A DNA stretch of 64,000 nt from Myxococcota bacterium (GTDB taxonomy: Bacteria > Myxococcota_A > SURF-8): assembly GCA_963674735.2 (NCBI GenBank), contig CAXXQS010000002.1:800001-864000 (forward strand). Direction: 5' to 3'. Both the position numbers and the translations under genes were made by a program. Of the stretch, positions 18,729 through 27,727 are shown piece after piece (within the stretch, counting starts at the first letter, position 1; each line of letters opens with the position of its first letter). A model generated the notes under the pieces. That model was given only the letters and a program-made list of their open reading frames with translations, did no database searches and was not told the DNA's origin.

Positions 18729-18810
18729 TCTCGCTCCTCCTGATCCCGTTGTGGCGCGCTCACTCTACCCGCTCGCGTTTCAACATCCAATGATTTGAAT
18801 CATCCGGAGG

Positions 18811-18848
18811 AACAAAAAAAACAGGCCCAACAGACCTGTTTTATTTGT
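18811..18848 (-). terminator. Terminator-like hairpin
   Basis: AAAACAGG...CCTGTTTT flanked by A/T runs, downstream of the gene ending at 18892. Confidence 0.5.
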
Positions 18849-18891
18849 AATTACTTTAATTTGCAGGGGCCGGATCGTCACCCGAACGGAA

Positions 18892-20013
18892 TCAGTTGCC
18901 CCCCTCCGTCTCGGCAACGGCCGGAAGCAACGAAATATAATCGGCGCCGATCACATAGCCATTCGATTCGGCGGCATCGCGACCGAAAACACGCATCCGC
19001 AGCCAATGAACGCCTGCCAGAGGGTCTTCGGAGTCAAGGTCGCTGCCACTCAAGCAAACGGGCTCATACACCACTTGCGCTTCCAGGGCGGCATCGTACC
19101 CGCCGGACGGACTGCAATGCAAACTCAGCTTGGTATCGCCCCCGGTCGTTTTGAGCGGTGTGGTCTCGTCATCCAAAAACAGGGCGACCTCGCCCCAATT
19201 GGGTCCGCAGGCATAGTTGATGTAGAAGTTGTAGAGATGCGTGATGTTGATATCGACCAGAAAAGCCAGCTCTTGAAGATCGCCATTGAGGAACCCGTCT
19301 TCCGTCGCATTGAGGCGGACATAGGTATCATCTTCGAAATCGGGGTTATCGCTCGTGACAATCGCCGCCGCATCGGTGGGAGTGCTTTGTGTTTCACGGA
19401 AGAGATCTTCGGCCCGCCGCAGGATCGGCGCAATCAAGTCATCGGGATTGCCACACTGGTTGCCATCGATATCGCCGTCCGAATCATCGCCATCGGTCGT
19501 ATCGCCGTCCACATACCGGCAGTCGCCCTCGACACAGGTTTCCGAGGCATTGCAGGTTGCGTATTCCTCCCAGGAGGAGCCCAGGCGATCGCATACCATC
19601 ACGACGTTGCCCTCGCAGCGGCGTTGATCAGGCTCGCAAACCACCTCGATATCAATTTCAGGCAGGAAATCCGCATCGCCCATGCCGCAATCGGAAGGCA
19701 AAGCACAAATATTCTGGCCCAATATGCGCAGACAGCAGGAGCCTTGCAGCAGGTCGGAGCACTCGCCATCGGACGAGCATAACGTGGAGCAGAAAGCGCC
19801 GCGGTCGTCCGGCCAACAAAGTTCCGAACAGCAGTCGCCATTATCCGCACAAGTCTGGCCCACCCCCAGGCATAAGCTATCTTCGCCATCGGCATCCGAA
19901 GCTTCCTGGTCGCCATCCGTCGAGGCTTCACCATCTCCCGAACCGCAGGCCGGAATTCCGGCTATGATCAACAAGAAACCAAAGGTCAGAAGGCACACTA
20001 TCCGCATCGTCAT
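18892..20013 (-). CDS. Cys-rich lipoprotein with DGD linkers and C-terminal putative carbohydrate-binding beta-sandwich
   Basis: Lipobox IPAC; C..DCCS..C repeats; VDGDTTDGDDSDGDIDG; C-terminal domain ending GYVIGADYISL; GAGGAG RBS. Confidence 0.7.
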   Translation of the reverse strand: MTMRIVCLLTFGFLLIIAGIPACGSGDGEASTDGDQEASDADGEDSLCLGVGQTCADNGDCCSELCWPDDRGAFCSTLCSSDGECSDLLQGSCCLRILGQNICALPSDCGMGDADFLPEIDIEVVCEPDQRRCEGNVVMVCDRLGSSWEEYATCNASETCVEGDCRYVDGDTTDGDDSDGDIDGNQCGNPDDLIAPILRRAEDLFRETQSTPTDAAAIVTSDNPDFEDDTYVRLNATEDGFLNGDLQELAFLVDINITHLYNFYINYACGPNWGEVALFLDDETTPLKTTGGDTKLSLHCSPSGGYDAALEAQVVYEPVCLSGSDLDSEDPLAGVHWLRMRVFGRDAAESNGYVIGADYISLLPAVAETEGGN

Positions 20014-20348
20014 ACTCCTCGTCAAACAGCACTCAGCTATTCGAGACCTCAGCAAGAAATCGTTTCGAAATATTAGGATACTCTAAAGTTTCCCCGGATG
20101 CAACAACCCTGCAACCGTTTGCATCTTCTAGATAAAAAAACAAAAGGCCAGCTTGATTCGAGGCCACCAAACTGAACCCGTCTGCCTGCATCATGGGGTT
20201 GACATTGACGTTAGGACTGTTAAACTTGAAAGTAATGCAACTTAAGCGGAGCAAGGTGCTGAGTCGTTTGTTTTGCAGAATGTAGTGAGGATGGTTGTAA
20301 AAAGCAGGTCGCCGTTTTCGCGCAACGGCGTTACCAGAGAGGCATTCA

Positions 20349-21002
20349 ATGTCGAGCCACCCGCAAGCATTCGCTCAACTACGGGTCCGTTTGCAAGCCA
20401 AGCTGACCACTGATGGCCGTGACTACAACGTCATTCTCTCTCGAATCGGAGAAGAATCCGCTCAGATAACAACCAATTACAACTTTTCGGCCGGTAAGTC
20501 CTTTCTCCTCTCCTGTGAAATGCTGCCTGGCCATGCATTCCGGGCCGAAGGGGTGATCGGCGTCAACCACAAAGCGCCGGGTGATGTCAAGCAACAGATC
20601 ATCGATCTGCGTTTCACACGCGTACGCGCCATGGCGAAAGTGGTGCTACATGAATATTTCGGCCATACGCATAATCGCCGCAGGGAGCCCCGTCACAAAG
20701 CCGATTTCCCCATCAGGATGCTTCATCCAACCGGACTTGCCAACCTTGAGGCAGCCAATCTTTCCATGACCGGGCTGTTCGTCGTGACCGACATACCCGT
20801 TCCGGCCGAGACATTCATCCGCCTGGAACTGACCCTGGATAAGCGCTTGACCGTGATATTGGACGCACGAGTGGTGTACCTGATCGATCGCGTCATGGCA
20901 CAGAAAATCAACCGCCCGGCCGGATTCGGAGTGGAAATTCTGCACATGCAGACGATCGACAGGCAGAACCTGCAACAGCATCTCCATTCACTCGATCATT
21001 AA
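20349..21002 (+). CDS. Tandem PilZ-domain protein
   Basis: C-terminal domain has RRREPR and NLSMTG (RxxxR, D/NxSxxG) plus GFGVE; N-terminal domain is a degenerate PilZ-like copy. Confidence 0.8.
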   Translation: MSSHPQAFAQLRVRLQAKLTTDGRDYNVILSRIGEESAQITTNYNFSAGKSFLLSCEMLPGHAFRAEGVIGVNHKAPGDVKQQIIDLRFTRVRAMAKVVLHEYFGHTHNRRREPRHKADFPIRMLHPTGLANLEAANLSMTGLFVVTDIPVPAETFIRLELTLDKRLTVILDARVVYLIDRVMAQKINRPAGFGVEILHMQTIDRQNLQQHLHSLDH

Positions 21003-21026
21003 AATTGGAACGCCTCCCATAAACGA

Positions 21027-21057
21027 TGTTACGGGCGGGACTTGCCCACCCGTAACA
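21027..21057. terminator. Hairpin between convergent PilZ and hsp20 genes
   Basis: TGTTACGGGcGGG...CCCaCCCGTAACA inverted repeat. Confidence 0.7.
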
Positions 21058-21077
21058 CTCACACGGACAGAGTCTGT

Positions 21078-21515
21078 TTATCCTTCAACCGCGATTTCGC
21101 GCGGCTTGACTTCTTCCTTCTTGGGAAGGCCCACTTCCAAAACACCGTTATGGAGGTTGGCGGAAATCTGGTCGGCATTGATCCCGTCACCAACCCGGAA
21201 GGAGCGCTTGAAGCTGCCGAAATAACGTTCGCTGCAATGACATTTTCCTTCGGATTCCACCGTCTTTCCTTTGCGCTCGCCGCTGATGGTCAAGACGCCT
21301 TTGTCGAGAGAAATGGAAATATCCTTTTTCTCGACACCCGGCAGATCGATGGACAGTTCGTAAGCAGACTCGGTTTCCTGGATGTCGACGGGAGCCAACC
21401 AGTTGACCGCGCGGCTGGTACCACCGTTGAAGAAGTCCGTGAACAAGCGGTCAATGTTGTTTTCACGAAGGGAAGGCCACAATGTTTTAGGTGTGTAGTG
21501 AACCAAGCGTGTCAT
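21078..21515 (-). CDS. Small heat shock protein Hsp20/alpha-crystallin
   Basis: PVDIQET, DLPGV, LTISGER, ERYFGSFKRSF, ANLHNGVLEVGLPK; GGAGG RBS. Confidence 0.95.
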   Translation of the reverse strand: MTRLVHYTPKTLWPSLRENNIDRLFTDFFNGGTSRAVNWLAPVDIQETESAYELSIDLPGVEKKDISISLDKGVLTISGERKGKTVESEGKCHCSERYFGSFKRSFRVGDGINADQISANLHNGVLEVGLPKKEEVKPREIAVEG

Positions 21516-21763
21516 AGCATACCTCCTTGAACGAAACCGCATAGCGCGGAATATGAACGATTCAAAGTTGAGCTTGTGTTGGCCAACACGCTTTCTTCAG
21601 TTGTGCGGCGAATCCGTTTTGTCGCCGTCAAAAGAAAAATAAGATCGCTTTTCCGCCTGTCAAGACCACCCGTCGTATTTTTAAGCATTTCATTTTAACG
21701 TTGCGAACAAAAAAACGGACCCACGCAAGGGTCCGGATGTGTAGACGGTATAAGAAAAAACAA

Positions 21764-22672
21764 TCAGGCGAAGAGTTGGTTTTCTTCGAAGAAGGCAAGT
21801 TTGACTTCATCGGCGATTTCCAGGATACGCTCGGGGCTGATTTTCATGAATTCGATTTCCGGGCAGTTGACCAGATCGACGGACGGATCGGCCGCATTCC
21901 ATCCGATCCCCAACTGACGGCACAGCCGCTTCGCATAGGATACGATTGCAATGGTAACCTTGATGTCCATATCGATGTCGGTCCACAACACTTCGGGCAG
22001 GTGGCTGTGGTAGCGCACCGCCGCTTCCAGCGAAGGCGCCAGGTTCCAGTTGCGAATCAACGTACCGCCCGCATGGGTGTAAGCGAAATGGAAGGCCTCT
22101 TTTTCCAGTTCCAGCTCGTTGGCGGCAGGATCTTTTTGCTGCCGATCGTAAATGCTTTTCACGGCATCACCATCGGCGCGCAGCATGAGCGTTTTGCCCA
22201 GGTTGTGTAACAAGCCAGCGACAAAAGCCTCGTCGGTATCGGTATCCTGAAACTCCAACGAAAGAATCCGGCAGGCGATTCCCACACCGATGGCCTGCTC
22301 CCATAGCTTGATGCTGTGCGGATCGCTGGACCGATACATGCTCAGAATGGCGGTCGAGACGGCGATGTCTTTGATGGTTTTGAAACCCACCACTAAAATC
22401 GCGCGCTGAAGGGTGTTGACCTTGCGCAGCAGGCCGTAGAAACTGGAGTTGGAAATCTTGAGCAGTTTCGCCGTCAATGACTGATCGGACTGAATAACCC
22501 GTTCCAGATCGTAGGCCGTCGATTTCGGGTTTTCGATCACCTGCATGATTTTGCGAGCGATCAAGGGTAGCTGTTTCAAATCGGAGGTCTTGTTGATCAA
22601 GAGCTCCAATTCTTTCTGCCCGGTCTCGTCCAGGCTATCGATCTCGGCTAGGAAATCGTATATTTCATTCAT
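21764..22672 (-). CDS. HDOD domain protein
   Basis: LP.I...DQSLTAKLLKISNSSFYG, AILVVG, AFVAGLLHNLGK, WNL, AVRYH. Confidence 0.9.
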   Translation of the reverse strand: MNEIYDFLAEIDSLDETGQKELELLINKTSDLKQLPLIARKIMQVIENPKSTAYDLERVIQSDQSLTAKLLKISNSSFYGLLRKVNTLQRAILVVGFKTIKDIAVSTAILSMYRSSDPHSIKLWEQAIGVGIACRILSLEFQDTDTDEAFVAGLLHNLGKTLMLRADGDAVKSIYDRQQKDPAANELELEKEAFHFAYTHAGGTLIRNWNLAPSLEAAVRYHSHLPEVLWTDIDMDIKVTIAIVSYAKRLCRQLGIGWNAADPSVDLVNCPEIEFMKISPERILEIADEVKLAFFEENQLFA

Positions 22673-22796
22673 GGATCGACCCTCACCCGGCGGATGTTAT
22701 AAACACATACGATTTGAGATGGCACAACCCCACCAATCCCTAATCAGAATTGGAATTATAGCATGTTACAGTGGGTGATGACAATCAAAATGTGTT

Positions 22797-23288
22797 TCAG
22801 ACGGGGTCCTTCAGCACGCCGGTCAACTCGGGCACATCGTTGAAATGCTTCGTTTTAACGAACGCCAGATAAATCGCGATGTCCTCCAAGGCGTGGCCTT
22901 GATTCTTCAATAAGGCGGTCAATTCGATCAGTTTTTCGGCCGAGGCTTCCTCGACGGCTGTCAACTCCTGCTCGGTGATGCCGTCATCGTTTTCGATACC
23001 GAAAAAATCCAGAGCGGCTTTAAGCAGGGGACGCTGCCCGTACAGCCAAGTTTTCAGAACTTCCTCCGCCATCTGCGATTCGTTGGCGGCCGCCAGCCCA
23101 TTTCGCACGGCCAGAGCCTGAATGGCGCGGTCTTTGCCGCTTTTCAGCGAAACACGTTTGCCCTTTTTTATTTTCTTGCCGTAACTGCCTTCGAGCATGT
23201 TGCGAATCTTGCGCGAACAGGTCGAATAGATTGCGATCCATTTATCATCGTCGATACGGGTGATCAGTTCCGGGTAATCCCACGCCAT
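22797..23288 (-). CDS. Hypothetical protein
   Basis: 163-aa ORF with AGGAGG RBS; motif LKAALDFFGIENDDG. Confidence 0.75.
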   Translation of the reverse strand: MAWDYPELITRIDDDKWIAIYSTCSRKIRNMLEGSYGKKIKKGKRVSLKSGKDRAIQALAVRNGLAAANESQMAEEVLKTWLYGQRPLLKAALDFFGIENDDGITEQELTAVEEASAEKLIELTALLKNQGHALEDIAIYLAFVKTKHFNDVPELTGVLKDPV

Positions 23289-23454
23289 GCTTGTCCTCCT
23301 GCTCAGTCGACTTCAGCGTCCGAGTCTACTGTCGGCTCCGGTCGCAGGCAAGATTTATTTTGCCCCTAGCCGCCTTTTACCGGAGGATCATTGCAGCTTA
23401 CCCGATCATGGAGTAGACTTCAAACACACGAACCGTGTCTTCGAGAGAGTTGAT

Positions 23455-25209
23455 ATGCTCCGCCTGCTGGCCCCACTGATCCTGTTTTTTCTCTTCTTCA
23501 TCGCTCCGGCGTGGGCGATCGGCCCCACCGAATCCGACACCCTCTGCGTGCTTTCCGCCGATGCCGCCGGATTTTCCGTGGAGGCCTGCAAAACCATCTC
23601 ACGCGACCGGCCCAGACGACCGGGGCCGACCCGACGAAGCATGGATCTTTCCTTCCAGTTGCACCGGTCCGGCGATCCATCCGTCACGCAGGGTTGGCTT
23701 TCCGACCCCTTCACCTTGCGCGCCGCTTTCGTTGCGGCGGATGCCGCCACCCGGCATGTCCACACAACCCGAGCCGACGGTGCCGTTCTCATCCGCCTGC
23801 CCGGCCTCTACGATCCAAAGCGGTTTGTTCTTGAAATCGACGGACGCCCGGCAACGGCCGCCGCTTTTACGAAAACCGACCGCGTTCGCCCAGCCGCCGC
23901 CGCTCAGCCGGTCGAAACCCTCATCGACAACGGACCGGTGGACAACCGCCTCGACCTGGTGGTTCTCGGCGACGGCTACACGGCCGGCGAACAAGGCGCT
24001 TTTCGCCAAGACGCCCTGGCCTTGCTCGACTACTGGCTGGCGCAGGAGCCGTTTCAACGTTACGCCATCCACTACAACGTCCATCTGCTTTTTATCGAAT
24101 CCGCCGAATCGGGAGCCGATCACCCCTCGCAAGGCATACAACGCGACACCGCCTTCGATGCGTCCTTCGACTATGCCGATATCCCGCAGTTACTGGTTGT
24201 GGATGAAGCCAAGGTCTTGAGAGCGGCCTTGGCCGCCCCCGACGTCGATCAGGTGGTTGTGATCGTGAACGACGACATGTATGGCGGGTCGGGCGGATCG
24301 GTGGCGGTCGTTTCACGCCATCTGGAAGCCCCCGAAGTCATGACACACGAACTCGGTCACAGCCTGGCGAATCTGGCCGATGAATACGAAGATCCGCTGC
24401 CCGGCTATGAACCGGGCGATAGCGAGCCGAACGTCACCTTCGAAACGGAACGCGACGCGATTCCCTGGGTGGATTGGATCGAGCCCGCGATGCCGCTTCC
24501 ATCACCCGAAGAAGACGCTTACGCCGGGCAAGTGGGCCTGTTCGAAGGAGCGCGTTACCGCGAAAGCGGCATCTACCGACCCGAGCTCACCTGTCGCATG
24601 CGCGAACTCGGACGCGACTTCTGCACGATCTGCCGCGAAGCGCTGGTGGCGGCACACTATCGCCATCTCGCCCCTTCCGACGCCCTGGGCGGGGATGTCG
24701 TCGCCGATGTCGGGGAAACCCTCTTTTTCGACGCCGCCCCGGTGCAACCCGAATCGGAAACGGTGTCCGTCGTCTGGACGGTAGACGGGCTGGAACAGGA
24801 GGCGCGTGTCGAAATCCTGGAGAAAACCTTCGAAAAGGGCCTCCATACGGTTACCGCACAGGTAGTTGACAGCTCCGATTGGCTGCGTTTGCCTGCGGCT
24901 CGCGATACCGCCCACGCCGACATCACCTGGACCGTCCACGCGGGGATTGAATCGTCCGATGGCGATTCGGATGCGGAAACGGATGAAGAGTTGGAGCAAG
25001 AAAGGGACGCCGAGGCGTCAAACGAGGGGGGCGACACCGACTTGCCCGCCGAAGATGGAGATACGGAAATCAACGAAAAGGAGGGGAATAACGGCGGCGG
25101 CTGCCGATCTTTCCCGCTTCCTTCTTCCGGCTGGATTTTATTGATTTTCGCTGTCTGCGCCTATGGTCGCCGCAGGAAAAACCGACCGGCTACTCCACCC
25201 GATCGGTGA
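23455..25209 (+). CDS. Secreted M64 (IgA peptidase-like) metallopeptidase with MYXO-CTERM-like tail
   Basis: NGPVDNRLDLVVLGDGYT, YGGSGG, HELGHSLANLADEY, GLFEGA, YRP...CRMR...FCTIC; tail GGGC-hydrophobic-RRRK. Confidence 0.88.
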   Translation: MLRLLAPLILFFLFFIAPAWAIGPTESDTLCVLSADAAGFSVEACKTISRDRPRRPGPTRRSMDLSFQLHRSGDPSVTQGWLSDPFTLRAAFVAADAATRHVHTTRADGAVLIRLPGLYDPKRFVLEIDGRPATAAAFTKTDRVRPAAAAQPVETLIDNGPVDNRLDLVVLGDGYTAGEQGAFRQDALALLDYWLAQEPFQRYAIHYNVHLLFIESAESGADHPSQGIQRDTAFDASFDYADIPQLLVVDEAKVLRAALAAPDVDQVVVIVNDDMYGGSGGSVAVVSRHLEAPEVMTHELGHSLANLADEYEDPLPGYEPGDSEPNVTFETERDAIPWVDWIEPAMPLPSPEEDAYAGQVGLFEGARYRESGIYRPELTCRMRELGRDFCTICREALVAAHYRHLAPSDALGGDVVADVGETLFFDAAPVQPESETVSVVWTVDGLEQEARVEILEKTFEKGLHTVTAQVVDSSDWLRLPAARDTAHADITWTVHAGIESSDGDSDAETDEELEQERDAEASNEGGDTDLPAEDGDTEINEKEGNNGGGCRSFPLPSSGWILLIFAVCAYGRRRKNRPATPPDR

Positions 25210-25882
25210 TAAGCTGACAAATTCCGCCTTCCAGACAATCGAGCCACGCGGTGTCGTCGCAGGCCAACTCGGCGCAAGCGGCGTAATACAGGAATGTCTC
25301 ATCGGTGTAAAGAGCCGCATGAATGTTGCTGCACGCGGTTCGATTGGTCTCGGCCACGTCGGGATCGCAATCGCGCAAAAGATCGCCGACCTGGTCGCAC
25401 ACGCTGTAACGCGGTGGATCGACCGATTCGCTTTCCAGCGCTTTACGACGGCAGTAGACCTCCAGGTCGGGCGAGGTGTCGCCCAAGTCCCGGGCTTGCT
25501 CGAAATTGCTGCAACTCGTGTTGATGATACAGTTTTCCCAGCGATCCAGAATTTCCGGAATCACCTCGTAACTGCGGGCATGGCAGTCGCGGCGGCACTC
25601 TTCGATGCTGTCGAAAAGACCGCCGCAGGTATCGACCTTGTTGCACCAGGCGGAGCAGGCCACGCTGCTTTGGGGGTTGGCTTCGGCACGACGCGCATGG
25701 CAGTCCACGGGCGGCAACGTTTCTTCTTCGATATCGCTATCGCCATCCGGTGAAAGCGTATCATCATCACCGCCGCAGGCCGCCAGGCAGAACATCAAGC
25801 AAACCAGCAGACACAACCACACCCAAACGCGAGGGTCACCTGCTTTGCCGGTCATCCGTTCGCCGTTTTTCGTCGCCGCCAT
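25190..25882 (-). CDS. Cys-rich lipoprotein
   Basis: Lipobox LAAC, GGDDD...DGDSD linker, repeated CxxxC motifs; GGAGG RBS. Confidence 0.75.
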   Translation of the reverse strand: MAATKNGERMTGKAGDPRVWVWLCLLVCLMFCLAACGGDDDTLSPDGDSDIEEETLPPVDCHARRAEANPQSSVACSAWCNKVDTCGGLFDSIEECRRDCHARSYEVIPEILDRWENCIINTSCSNFEQARDLGDTSPDLEVYCRRKALESESVDPPRYSVCDQVGDLLRDCDPDVAETNRTACSNIHAALYTDETFLYYAACAELACDDTAWLDCLEGGICQLITDRVE

Positions 25883-25940
25883 CGCCACCTCCTGAATACG
25901 GGAAGCCGGGCTCCGGTCGACAGGCCGCAAGACACGCCGT

Positions 25941-27302
25941 TTATTCGGCGCTCTCGGGTTCGTCGTCCGTATCACTTTCGGGCGCGTTCGCCGGTTGGAT
26001 CGGCTTCGGGTCCACCTCTTTGATCGCCACCTTCTCGGCCAGCATTTCATTCAGACGATCCTGGCGCAAGACGTAGGTGAGGGTGTCCATTTTCTCGGGA
26101 TCCGCGTAATACTTCATGAGCTGGTCGAGGGGAAGCTGCATTTTCTCGGCCATATCGGTCATGTAGGCTTCGCGGTCTTCGTCGCTGACCGTAATGTCGA
26201 AGTCCTTGGCCAGGCGTTCCTGCAGCCACACCGATTTCAGGCTGTGCTCGGCCTCTTCCTGGGCGCGCTCGCGCATGGCGGCTTCATCCATGCCCATGCT
26301 CGCCGGATCGAGCCCGTATTGCGCCATCTGGTTGGCCTGCTCTTTCATCATTTCTTCGGTCTGCTTGGCCAAAACGGAAGGCGGCAGCGGCATCGGGTTG
26401 GCCGCGACGATCTTCTTCCACATATCGCGTTGGAACTGGCGTTTGACGCGTTCCACCTGCGCGTTTTCGAGATCCTTTTTCAGATCGGCCTTGAGTTCGT
26501 CGAGGTTCGCATACTCGCCCAGATCCTTGGCCAGCTCGTCGTCCAGCTCGGGCAACTCGCGTTCGAGGATTTCGTGCACGAAGCATTTGAACGTGATTTC
26601 CGCACCTTTGAGATGCTCAACGCGAAAATCCTCGGGGAAGGCGACGGAGAATTCCAGCGGTTCACCGATTTTCTGACCGATAATGTGCTCTTCAAAGCCC
26701 GGAATGAAGCGATCTTCACCCAGCTGGATTTCCTGTTTTTCGGCCTTGGCGTCGGGAAGCGGCTCACCCTGGATGAACCCTTCGTAATCCATGCGCACCC
26801 AGTCGTCTTTCTCGATCGTATCGCGGCCTTCGACGGTCTTCATGACGGCGGCCGACTGGCGACGACCTTCCAGGGCCTGTTCCATGGCTTCATCGCTGAC
26901 CACGACACGTTCGCGTTCGACCTCGAAACCGTCGAGCACCACGTCTTTGACGACGGGCTTGAGTTCCATGGTGAAGCTGAACACGTAATCGCCCTCGCCT
27001 TTGTAGTCGGGGCGGTTAACCTTCGGCAGCGCCAAAGGAGCCAGATCGTAACGGTTGGTGGCCTGACTGAAGCCCTCCTGGACCAGGTCGGCTTCGACGT
27101 CTTTGAGAGCCTGTTTGAAATACATCTTGCGGACCACCGACATGGGCACCTTGCCCTTGCGAAAGCCCTTGATGCTGGCGGTCTGGGCGACGTTCTTCAA
27201 AACCGCCTCCAGGCGCTCTTCCACTGCGGCTTGGGGAATCACGACCTTGATATCGCGTTCCACTTCGCTGACTTCGGTGACCTCGATTTTGTAATCCGTC
27301 AC
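25941..27302 (-). CDS. tig: Trigger factor
   Basis: GFRKGKVP ribosome-binding signature, FKBP domain (FIPGFEE, FPEDF), ELPELDDELAK; GTG start after GAGGA. Confidence 0.96.
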   Translation of the reverse strand: MTDYKIEVTEVSEVERDIKVVIPQAAVEERLEAVLKNVAQTASIKGFRKGKVPMSVVRKMYFKQALKDVEADLVQEGFSQATNRYDLAPLALPKVNRPDYKGEGDYVFSFTMELKPVVKDVVLDGFEVERERVVVSDEAMEQALEGRRQSAAVMKTVEGRDTIEKDDWVRMDYEGFIQGEPLPDAKAEKQEIQLGEDRFIPGFEEHIIGQKIGEPLEFSVAFPEDFRVEHLKGAEITFKCFVHEILERELPELDDELAKDLGEYANLDELKADLKKDLENAQVERVKRQFQRDMWKKIVAANPMPLPPSVLAKQTEEMMKEQANQMAQYGLDPASMGMDEAAMRERAQEEAEHSLKSVWLQERLAKDFDITVSDEDREAYMTDMAEKMQLPLDQLMKYYADPEKMDTLTYVLRQDRLNEMLAEKVAIKEVDPKPIQPANAPESDTDDEPESAE

Positions 27303-27335
27303 GATATTCCTCACTGCCTTAAGGGGGTCAAAAGA

Positions 27336-27420
27336 TGGTGCGAGAAGTGGGACTCGAACCCACACGGGTCGCCCCACTGGATCCTAAGTCCAGCGCGTCT
27401 GCCAATTCCGCCATTCTCGC
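27336..27420 (-). tRNA. tRNA-Leu (TAG)
   Basis: Reverse complement GCGAGAATGGCGGAATTGGCAGACGCGCTGGACTTAGGATCCAG...GGTTCGAGTCCC...CCA, long variable arm. Confidence 0.97.
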
Positions 27421-27472
27421 TTAAAACAGCTTACACAAAACTGCCGCCCAAGCGGGCGGCAGCTTATTGTAA

Positions 27473-27548
27473 TGGTAGGCCTGGAGGGAATCGAACCCTC
27501 AACCTTCGGATTAAGAGTCCGCTGCTCTGCCAATTGAGCTACAAGCCT
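27473..27548 (-). tRNA. tRNA-Lys (CTT)
   Basis: Reverse complement AGGCTTGTAGCTCAATTGGCAGAGCAGCGGACTCTTAATCCG...GGTTCGATTCCC...CCA. Confidence 0.96.
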
Positions 27549-27593
27549 GGACTACCATTCCTCAGACCGACGCCAGCGCGCCGTTCGGAGGGC

Positions 27594-27624
27594 ATCATAT
27601 ACAGCTAATCGGCCTGATTGTCAA
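27594..27624 (-). promoter_or_regulatory. Putative sigma70 promoter for tRNA-Lys/tRNA-Leu/tig
   Basis: Minus-strand TTGACA with TATATG/TATGAT 17-19 nt downstream. Confidence 0.5.
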
Positions 27625-27727
27625 GAAAAACCGGTAAGATCGCCAATATTTTGCACCGCTTAGGCAAGACCCACCTCAACTAAAGCTAAGCCGTCGAAAT
27701 AACGCCGAATTTTCGATATTTTTCAGA

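Noticed and set aside
27336-27548. tRNAs as prophage or island integration sites
   Set aside because: No integrase and no duplicated tRNA 3' end noticed in the window.
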